IMG/VR virus record: IMGVR_UViG_3300049460_000128
Span: 1 to 64,000 of that record
Reading direction: 5' to 3' (one strand)
DNA: 64,000 bases
In this document: positions 7,962 through 14,579 of the stretch, one piece after another
How positions within the stretch are numbered: position 1 is the stretch's first letter
Layout: every line of letters begins with the position of its first letter
The notes under the pieces: generated by a model
The model's input: only the letters and a program-made list of their open reading frames with translations
Told to the model about the DNA's origin: nothing
Database searches by the model: none
Position numbers and translations under genes: made by a program

Positions 7962-9020
7962 TTACATGCGAGAATTTGCCTCAACGGAGATATAGTTCTT
8001 CTCTTCAGTGGTCCAGCGCACTTTGACGTTCGGGTATTTTGCCTGAATTTCATCAACGATTTTCTGCATCTTGGCACCCCATTCGTCATCCAATTCTTCC
8101 CAGTCGTAGTCTTGTTCGTCACCATCTTCAAGTTCAGCATCGACCGGAATCTGCCAACCACCCCAGTTACGAACCTCGAAACTATAGCCCGTCCCTTCTT
8201 TTGCAATATCACGCCATTCACCAGTATAACCTGAACTATACCCAAGTTTTCCAGACGACATTGCCGATTTCATCAAGGAACGAATCCGTGATAAAACGTC
8301 TTGCATTTCTTGTGGTGATGCTTTGGCGATAGCCTGTGGTTCAGCTTTTGGCTTAGGTGCTTCTACGGGTTTTGGATCAGATTGATCTTTCAAGGCAAGA
8401 TTACCCTTACCATACGATACTCGCCCACGTCCTGGCACCATTTGAGAACTAGTCCATTCCCAACGCCCCAAAGGTTGATTGGTCTCTGGATTATAGTACA
8501 TGATGACTTGATTCTTCTTACCTGAACCATAGCTATGCAATGACGGCAAGTTAGGCGCATCAATATAGGCGATTGGAACATCGCCAAAGGTTTGCTTTAT
8601 AGCATCTTTAAGCTCCCGAATTTCAGTCCAACTGGTATATTCGTTAAATTTTGGATTGGTGGGCAATGGTGGAAGTTCTTTCTTGGGCTCGGGTTTTTGT
8701 TCCACGGCTTTCGGTTCAACTTTAGCTGCTGGTGCTTTCGTCGTTGGCGCCGCTTCTTTGCCTGGTTTCTTCGCAGGCATGAACGGTTCTTTGGCCAAGA
8801 CGTATTTGAATCCACCACCGTCTGGTGTTCGGAAACCCACAATACCAACTTTTGGATCCATGTAGTAAACCGCACCACCAGCTTGTGGCTTGCTTTCTTT
8901 CCACGCGGTAGCGCCCAGCTTACGTATGCCAGCTTCAAATTCAGCTTTGGAGGAGAGGGGATTTGCGAGGTCGAACTTGTTCTTGTAGTTCGCCTCGAGG
9001 ATGATTTGATTGTAACGCAT
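7962..9020 (-). CDS. putative internal head protein (modular, Pro/Ala/Lys linkers)
   Basis: N-term MRYNQIILE; TAAATA upstream. Confidence 0.65.
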   Translation of the reverse strand: MRYNQIILEANYKNKFDLANPLSSKAEFEAGIRKLGATAWKESKPQAGGAVYYMDPKVGIVGFRTPDGGGFKYVLAKEPFMPAKKPGKEAAPTTKAPAAKVEPKAVEQKPEPKKELPPLPTNPKFNEYTSWTEIRELKDAIKQTFGDVPIAYIDAPNLPSLHSYGSGKKNQVIMYYNPETNQPLGRWEWTSSQMVPGRGRVSYGKGNLALKDQSDPKPVEAPKPKAEPQAIAKASPQEMQDVLSRIRSLMKSAMSSGKLGYSSGYTGEWRDIAKEGTGYSFEVRNWGGWQIPVDAELEDGDEQDYDWEELDDEWGAKMQKIVDEIQAKYPNVKVRWTTEEKNYISVEANSRM

Positions 9021-9057
9021 GAAATACTCCCAATTAAGAGAGTATTTATCCGTGGCA

Positions 9058-9249
9058 TCAATCTACTGATTTGATGTTTTTCAATCGTTGCTGCTTGATT
9101 TCTTCTTCACGCTGGATTCCCCAACCGATCATTTGATCAGTAAATGCCTTGCGCATTGCAGGGTTTTCACGGAACTTTTTATCAAATCGCCAGACGAATG
9201 CTCGATAGACGATTTGATAGTCAAACCAGGCAATCAAGCGAGCGATCAT
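9058..9249 (-). CDS. hypothetical protein
   Basis: Start MIARLIAW directly after upstream stop. Confidence 0.6.
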   Translation of the reverse strand: MIARLIAWFDYQIVYRAFVWRFDKKFRENPAMRKAFTDQMIGWGIQREEEIKQQRLKNIKSVD

Positions 9250-9250
9250 A

Positions 9251-9616
9251 TTATGCCACAATGTTGTGACGTTCCATTGCGGCCTGGATGGCATCAAGGT
9301 CAACATGATGCCGTGCAATCGCACGTTTCAGTTCAGACATATACTTGATGTCCCAGAACAGATTGAATTCGTTTGGCAAGTGCGGATCGCGTGCTTGCGG
9401 GAAGTCGTTCAGTTCAGTGCGCGGTTTCCAGGACTTGAATTCGTCCATGGATACAGTATGGCCACCAGCCTCATCGTCGAAGTAATAATGGATGCGTTGT
9501 TTGGCACCATCATAGCCATAGGTCTTTGCAATACGACCACATGGTAGTTCATAAAAAATACCTACGGTATTCATTGTTATCTTTCTTGCCTCTTTGGGCA
9601 TGTTGTAATTCGTCAT
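9251..9616 (-). CDS. hypothetical protein
   Basis: 121-aa ORF in operon. Confidence 0.7.
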   Translation of the reverse strand: MTNYNMPKEARKITMNTVGIFYELPCGRIAKTYGYDGAKQRIHYYFDDEAGGHTVSMDEFKSWKPRTELNDFPQARDPHLPNEFNLFWDIKYMSELKRAIARHHVDLDAIQAAMERHNIVA

Positions 9617-9675
9617 GAGACGTCATGGTTCGTCACCAGTGCGACAAACATTAACGGGATGACCCAAGTGTCAGA

Positions 9676-9960
9676 TTAGTCTCGCCACTCGCCTATACCA
9701 TCCCAATTGGATGATAACACAGTTCTGGCAACTGAGCGAGCTACTGGATGATTGAAACGTGGATCGGATATGATGGCATAGAAGACGTCCTGCATGTCTT
9801 CCAGATTTGGCGGGAGTTGTTGACCGAATTGACGTACTTCGTTTTTGAATTGAGCAATCTGCGCACGATTGTGGGTTTTAAGCACTTCATAATCGCAGAT
9901 CACACACTCCATGAGAATGAAGAAGTCGATGACGTAATATAGACGTTCCTGAGAGATCAC
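9676..9960 (-). CDS. hypothetical protein
   Basis: GTGA overlap with upstream gene. Confidence 0.65.
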   Translation of the reverse strand: MISQERLYYVIDFFILMECVICDYEVLKTHNRAQIAQFKNEVRQFGQQLPPNLEDMQDVFYAIISDPRFNHPVARSVARTVLSSNWDGIGEWRD

Positions 9961-10169
9961 AGTGTAATCAACTCCGTGGTTTCGCCTGTTTTCGGATCAC
10001 GCCACATCACCTTGCTACCAGCGTCTTGGTGGGCAAGGATCGTCGCCTGCAAGGCCAGGGCTTTGCGCACGACTTCGGTGTATGATGATGCTTCGGTTTT
10101 GTCCTTGAGACGTTTTAACCGGTCGTATGCACTTGCGGGTAATTCCAATTGAACACGCGTCTTAGCCAT
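9957..10169 (-). CDS. ribbon-helix-helix (CopG-like) DNA-binding protein
   Basis: MAKTRVQLELPASAYDRLKRLKDKTEASSYTEVVRKAL. Confidence 0.75.
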   Translation of the reverse strand: MAKTRVQLELPASAYDRLKRLKDKTEASSYTEVVRKALALQATILAHQDAGSKVMWRDPKTGETTELITL

Positions 10170-10434
10170 TGTGTTGCTCCGGCCACAATTCATTGATACG
10201 TGCGATGAACAGATCAATGTCGCGGAATACTTCGTCAGGGTTGGAGAAGGCGATGCAGTCTTCTTGACTTGACCGCCACAGTCCATATACGTTCAGGATT
10301 GGGCGATGTGCAATGGTGTATTCTTGCCCATTGTATTGGAAGTCGAAAAACGCCTCAGCATTTGGATCATATGCACCATCGCGTATGATCGTTAAGTGGG
10401 GCAGCTCCGCTTTCAACCTATCATCAATTTTCAT
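10162..10434 (-). CDS. hypothetical protein
   Basis: Start MKIDDRL; the longer ORF start runs into the tRNA-like RNA. Confidence 0.65.
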   Translation of the reverse strand: MKIDDRLKAELPHLTIIRDGAYDPNAEAFFDFQYNGQEYTIAHRPILNVYGLWRSSQEDCIAFSNPDEVFRDIDLFIARINELWPEQHNG

Positions 10435-10449
10435 AACTGCCTTTTTGTT

Positions 10450-10626
10450 AGGCACCCCGGGTGGAATCGAACCACCGACCCTTCGATTAAATATCGACCG
10501 CTCTATCGTCAAAACTATTCAACAGGTCAACAGCGGGACGTCACTCGCTATCTTGCTGTCTAGCCGTTTATTCAATTCCACCGGCGACCGTCGTCACCTT
10601 ATGTGGTACCTCTGAGCTACGGGGCA
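10450..10626 (-). ncRNA. tRNA-like RNA (Lys-UUU-like) with ~110-nt D-loop
   Basis: GCCCCG-TA-GCTC...GAGC, anticodon loop TATTTAA, GGTGG-TTCGATT-CCACC, CGGGGT; ends CCT rather than CCA. Confidence 0.7.
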
Positions 10627-10665
10627 TTGCTTGGTTAAAAGATGATTGCTCATCTCTTGAATTCT

Positions 10666-10826
10666 TGGCGTCAACTGCCGGATTCGAACCGGACGACGGA
10701 ATACACTTTTGACCTCTATGAGGCGGGTATGCCCTTACTTTCACCGTTAGGCTGTCCACTTCTGCCCATGCCATTCAGCAAAGACATATCTGCGGCGTTC
10801 GTTCTGCCAGACTGAACTAAGTCAAC
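10666..10826 (-). ncRNA. tRNA frame with anticodon arm replaced by ~105-nt insert
   Basis: Acceptor GTTGACT/AGTTGAC-G-CCA, D arm GTTC-AGTCTGGCA-GAAC, T arm CCGG-TTCGAAT-CCGG. Confidence 0.75.
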
Positions 10827-10828
10827 AA

Positions 10829-10933
10829 GTATGGCGGGGAATTGAACCTCCAGTCCAAAATGAGCAGCACCATGGCGCCGTTTCACTTGGCCCTAGTTTC
10901 CTAGGCTGCTTCCCAAAGCAGCGTCGACCATAC
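10829..10933 (-). ncRNA. tRNA/tmRNA-TLD-like structured RNA
   Basis: GTATGGT/GCCATAC stem, GGACTGGAGG-TTCAATT-CCCC T-arm, three hairpins including CCTAG-GAAA-CTAGG. Confidence 0.55.
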
Positions 10934-11087
10934 AATGTGGGTTGGAGTAACTTGGCGATTTAATCCGGGACTCTGCATTCTTGCCCGACTTCATGTTTCG
11001 CCACCTGAAAGCTAGTTTGTCTAGTCCTCACCACGGAGTCAATAGTACAGCAAACCACGGAAGTTCGCAACACTATTGACACCACAT

Positions 11088-11939
11088 TCACTTGCGGGGT
11101 TTCTTTATTGCACTGAAAAGTAGCATCAATGCAACACCGGTAAGGAACATCACCCAACTTTCAGGCTCTGGAACAGGAGTCGTAATGGGTGGAGTGACGA
11201 TTGGCGGAACAATCGGTGGAGTAATTACAATGCAGCAACCACCGCCACCACCACCGCCATTGTCGATCGGGCTCCACGGAGTGAATCCGTGCCAACCGTT
11301 ACCGCCAGGATTCACCAATGAATTGTTGGGCTCACCTGAGCCAGTAGTGATACTCCCTGGGGCAACATTTGACGCACCACCACCCCCGCCTCCGCCACCA
11401 CCTTCAGTTGGTTCTGCGGGTTGTTCAGCTTGTGCTTGAGCAACTTCAGCAGTTTCACCACCACCTTTATGTGAACCAGTAGTTACCTGGGTTTCCGGCA
11501 ACCGCTTCACACGGCTGATATTTTGGCAAATAGTTGGTACCAGGATACAAGTTTCGCCCTCGCAGTACACCAATGCTTCCTCTTTACGAGTGGGTGACCA
11601 TTTGTCACGAGTTGTTGCCAGACAGATTTGCGGCTTAGCACTCTTGCCACCAAAGTGCATATCGGTGATGGTCGACTCATATGCGTGGATGCCAGTAATT
11701 CGATCTTTCGTGATGGTCACGACTTCATCGAACTGCTTTTTCTCCAAACGCTGTTTGAACTTAGCCCGCAGTTCAGGCGAAAGATCACGATAATGATCAA
11801 TCGCATTCGAGACGGCGCCCTTGTAGGGATTGACACCTGGGTTGTCCCACGAACAGGTGTCAAGTATTACCGCTTGGGAACTGGCCATGGTCCCCAGGAA
11901 CAAAAGTCCCATCAATGCCTTAAAAAGTTTCATATACAA
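11088..11939 (-). CDS. MHFG-type PEP-CTERM surface protein
   Basis: Signal peptide, CSWDNPG, DMHFGG, Gly-rich linker, C-term VPEPESW + TM helix + KKPRK. Confidence 0.85.
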   Translation of the reverse strand: MYMKLFKALMGLLFLGTMASSQAVILDTCSWDNPGVNPYKGAVSNAIDHYRDLSPELRAKFKQRLEKKQFDEVVTITKDRITGIHAYESTITDMHFGGKSAKPQICLATTRDKWSPTRKEEALVYCEGETCILVPTICQNISRVKRLPETQVTTGSHKGGGETAEVAQAQAEQPAEPTEGGGGGGGGGASNVAPGSITTGSGEPNNSLVNPGGNGWHGFTPWSPIDNGGGGGGGCCIVITPPIVPPIVTPPITTPVPEPESWVMFLTGVALMLLFSAIKKPRK

Positions 11940-12040
11940 TTCCTCAATTGGTTGCCCTATATATCATATGGCGCAATCGAATGGTATATTAAAATTATGC
12001 TAATTCATAAAACCAAATCATCAACTATTTGATATTTGCC

Positions 12041-12069
12041 TTGATCTGGCAACCAAATGAATGTATCAT
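12041..12069 (+). promoter_or_regulatory. sigma70-type promoter with operator motif
   Basis: TTGATC-17-TATCAT; spacer ends CAACCAAATGAATG. Confidence 0.7.
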
Positions 12070-12091
12070 GTATTCATTAACTGGAGGGAAT

Positions 12092-12520
12092 ATGAAAACC
12101 ATCTCGGCAACGGTAACTCAATATCAAGCAGATGACGGCACGCCATTCGACAGCGAAGCGGCATGCAAGCTGTACGAGGATGAACTGAAACGCACCTCCT
12201 ACTGGATCGTGTACTTCAATCCAGACCTCACGGAAGGGCGGGGCACGCAGTATTCCACGGCATTCAGTGTGGTCACGCCATACGGCAAGAGTGATGCGCA
12301 AATGTGGATGACGGACTACTGCATGCAGAAACATGGTCGCCCAGTGGCATTCGTGCAAGGCGCATCGCCATGCCCAAACTGGACTCTGAGTGAGCTCGAT
12401 CGCAAAGCATACGAAGCCCACAAGGCCCGTACTCCTGATCGTTACAACCAGCACACGGTTGGCGTGTTGAAGCTGAAAGGTGACGACAAGCTGCACTACG
12501 CCTTGACCTTGGTCAAATAG
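12092..12520 (+). CDS. hypothetical phage protein
   Basis: GGAGG RBS, MKTISAT...YQADDGTPFDSEAACKLYE...PDLTEGRG. Confidence 0.8.
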   Translation: MKTISATVTQYQADDGTPFDSEAACKLYEDELKRTSYWIVYFNPDLTEGRGTQYSTAFSVVTPYGKSDAQMWMTDYCMQKHGRPVAFVQGASPCPNWTLSELDRKAYEAHKARTPDRYNQHTVGVLKLKGDDKLHYALTLVK

Positions 12521-12524
12521 TCGT

Positions 12525-12552
12525 AAAAAAGCCCCTAGGCTAGGGGCTTTTT
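12525..12552. terminator. bidirectional intrinsic terminator
   Basis: AAAAAAGCCCCTAG-G-CTAGGGGCTTTTT between convergent units. Confidence 0.85.
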
Positions 12553-12555
12553 GTT

Positions 12556-12709
12556 TGGTGGCGAGAGGAGGGGTCGAACCTCCAATGTGCTACACATTGA
12601 CAAATATGCGTGCTCGAGGATCCGGATCCAATTGGCCGCCCTACACTCGTCAACTTAGAACACTCTCCAGCTCATCGGCTGGCGTATCTACCAATTCTAC
12701 TACCCCGCC
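12556..12709 (-). ncRNA. tRNA frame with ~80-nt variable-region insert and 6-nt anticodon loop
   Basis: GGCGGGG/TCTCGCC-A-CCA, D arm with AATTGGTAGA, CCAGC-CGATGA-GCTGG, GGAGG-TTCGACC-CCTCC. Confidence 0.75.
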
Positions 12710-12712
12710 TAA

Positions 12713-13062
12713 AATGTAATGGTGGATGACCGTTGGTGTGCTATTACGCCCAATGCTCAACGGGTCTTGTACGACATCGCGCTTACTCTAATCCCTTTAC
12801 CCTCAGCGCTTACCTAGGGGCCGTTATCCTTCGGCATCCTGTAGTCATGGGCTACGCCCCATAACATGATGACCAATTTCCTGCCAGCTGGGAAATTGTT
12901 GCCATCTTATCGTACAAACTGTACTTGTCCTTCCCCGGTGGATTATGCGCGATGATTGCCACCATCTGAAGCTGGGATCGCTTCCGCCCTTATCCACTTT
13001 GCAACTCTTTAAAGGATGGCTGCTTCTAAGCCCACCTTCCAAAAGTCATCCACCATTACATT
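12713..13062 (-). ncRNA. structured RNA containing a split mimic of 23S rRNA H43/H44 (GTPase-associated centre)
   Basis: Perfect 18-bp terminal helix; GGCTTAGAAGCAGCCATCCTTTAAAGAG (13032-13005) and GCGTAATAGCACAC (12749-12736). Confidence 0.85.
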
Positions 13063-13063
13063 C

Positions 13064-13280
13064 ATGTGCTTTGTTGGGCACCATCCGCCACCCCCATCGG
13101 GTCAGCATCCACAGCGGGATTACTAGGGACTCGAACCCTTCTTCGCTTGACTGTACGGGCCAAGCTAGTACGCTATCATGAACCATCTGCATCACTTACC
13201 GCGAATAGGCGATGTTTCCCGTTCATGCTTCCCAAATTAATGGTTTTTCACGTAGACGACTGATGTCCAACAAAGCACAT
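13064..13280 (-). ncRNA. structured RNA with T-loop hairpin
   Basis: 14-bp closing helix ATGTGCTTTGTTGG/CCAACAAAGCACAT; AGGG-TTCGAGT-CCCT; starts just after promoter. Confidence 0.7.
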
Positions 13281-13287
13281 ACATGAC

Positions 13288-13316
13288 ACTATACTGCTGG
13301 TTCAGCTACCAGTCAA
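13288..13316 (-). promoter_or_regulatory. sigma70-type promoter of ncRNA operon
   Basis: TTGACT-17-TATAGT. Confidence 0.75.
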
Positions 13317-13340
13317 GCATTCTTTTCTGGTAGCTGAACC

Positions 13341-13700
13341 TTAAATGTCCCACGGATTAGCCCAACGCTGATATTTGCGATCATCGATGAAGTCCCGCAG
13401 GTCTGGCTCATAGTCGGGATTCTGGAGGTGACGCACCAGTTCGTGCTCGTTATGAGCCCTTGCCGAATTCTTGCCACCCTTCACAGCATACCAACCATAG
13501 TATTTCTTGCTGTCGCGATGAAAGCGCCAGTAGCCTTCATCCAACTCTTTACCAGTCTTCCAAATGCGTGGGAAAGCCCACACGGTATCATGGCGACCGG
13601 AATTACCATTCCACTCATCTGGGATGGTGGTCAGGTACCTTTTAATGTTGCTGCTGCGCCCGATGCGCTTTTCGCCTTTACGGCGGATGGTTCGACTCAT
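13341..13700 (-). CDS. small basic hypothetical protein
   Basis: MSRTIRRKGEKR...; GGAG RBS inside a hairpin. Confidence 0.75.
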   Translation of the reverse strand: MSRTIRRKGEKRIGRSSNIKRYLTTIPDEWNGNSGRHDTVWAFPRIWKTGKELDEGYWRFHRDSKKYYGWYAVKGGKNSARAHNEHELVRHLQNPDYEPDLRDFIDDRKYQRWANPWDI

Positions 13701-13723
13701 GTTAGATCTCCAGTAATGGTAAC

Positions 13724-13762
13724 CTAACGAGTCGATTTCTCCTTGTATGCGTACACTTTCAT
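13724..13762 (-). CDS. putative 12-aa leader peptide
   Basis: GGAG RBS, MKVYAYKEKSTR-TAG; stop overlaps hairpin covering next RBS. Confidence 0.45.
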   Translation of the reverse strand: MKVYAYKEKSTR

Positions 13763-13808
13763 GTTTCGCTCCAGTTTGCCGCCAATCAGGCTAGCAGGTT
13801 AAAAAAAT

Positions 13809-13942
13809 GCACTGACTTTATCCTCCGCGGCGTATCAATCCTTTCGGACTAACCCACGAATGTGGGTGATCGGCGCGCTGCTATGGTCAACCCATAGTGA
13901 GGTGCTACAAGTCTAGCTTGGGTGGCATAACCTCCCCAGTGC
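13809..13942 (-). ncRNA. candidate structured RNA
   Basis: GCACTG/CAGTGC closing stem followed by U-tract; multiple hairpins. Confidence 0.55.
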
Positions 13943-13947
13943 CAAAG

Positions 13948-14074
13948 TGGATGCTGAATTTACCGCGTATCGACCTAGCTGGCTTACGGGGAGCAACTCA
14001 GTTACTCGCCACCACTGGTCACGTGGTGCAACAATTCTAGCATGGGGCAAACACTACGTCAGCCCCTGCATCCA
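13948..14074 (-). ncRNA. candidate structured RNA
   Basis: TGGATGC/GCATCCA closing stem right after promoter; multiple hairpins. Confidence 0.55.
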
Positions 14075-14083
14075 ACATGTTCA

Positions 14084-14112
14084 ATAATACGGCAAATGGT
14101 TCATTGAGTCAA
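14084..14112 (-). promoter_or_regulatory. sigma70-type promoter
   Basis: TTGACT-17-TATTAT. Confidence 0.7.
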
Positions 14113-14168
14113 GTGAATATTTCAACAATGTTGATAAGATGTTGCTCTGGTGCTGAATAGCCAGTCTA

Positions 14169-14579
14169 ATGGCAATTTTAGGAACTATCATGACTCCCAT
14201 CATTATCTTACTGGTGCTCATCCAGTTGAAACACTACCTCTGCGACTTTCCGCTGCAAACCCAAAATCATCTATCCACGAAGGGCATCTACGGCAATCTG
14301 GGTGGTATCAGCCACAGCGTCAATCATGGACTTGGTACCTATGTGGTGTTTGCCATCATGGGGCTTGGTATGGTTGAAAACAATCTGCAACTAGCGATCA
14401 TCATGGGTTTGATCGATGCTGTGATTCATTATCACATTGACTGGATCAAGACTCGCTTCGGACAAAAGGACATAACGAAAAAATCGTTCTGGAATCAACT
14501 GGGGCTGGATCAATTGGCACATCAACTCACGTATGTGCTGATCATTGGCTTGTATTTTAACGAGATCTTGAAATCCTGA
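14169..14579 (+). CDS. DUF3307-like membrane protein
   Basis: KHYLCDFPLQ...HSVNHG...HYHIDWIK...GLDQLAH. Confidence 0.8.
   Translation: MAILGTIMTPIIILLVLIQLKHYLCDFPLQTQNHLSTKGIYGNLGGISHSVNHGLGTYVVFAIMGLGMVENNLQLAIIMGLIDAVIHYHIDWIKTRFGQKDITKKSFWNQLGLDQLAHQLTYVLIIGLYFNEILKS

Noticed and set aside
11235-11405. CCA/CCG trinucleotide runs as a DNA repeat element
   Set aside because: They encode the poly-Gly linkers of the PEP-CTERM protein.
10450-12709. Canonical tRNA genes with group I or II introns
   Set aside because: The inserts are 80-110 nt, at three different positions, and I see no ribozyme core. No standard anticodon call is safe, so they are listed as ncRNA.
12736-13042. A real 23S rRNA gene or host contamination
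   Set aside because: Only about 55 nt match, they are split by a 255-nt non-rRNA insert, and the flanks are phage sequence closed by their own helix.
12845-13263. ORFs 12845-13042, 12945-13181 and 13066-13263
   Set aside because: They have no RBS or recognisable protein features and overlap structured RNAs.
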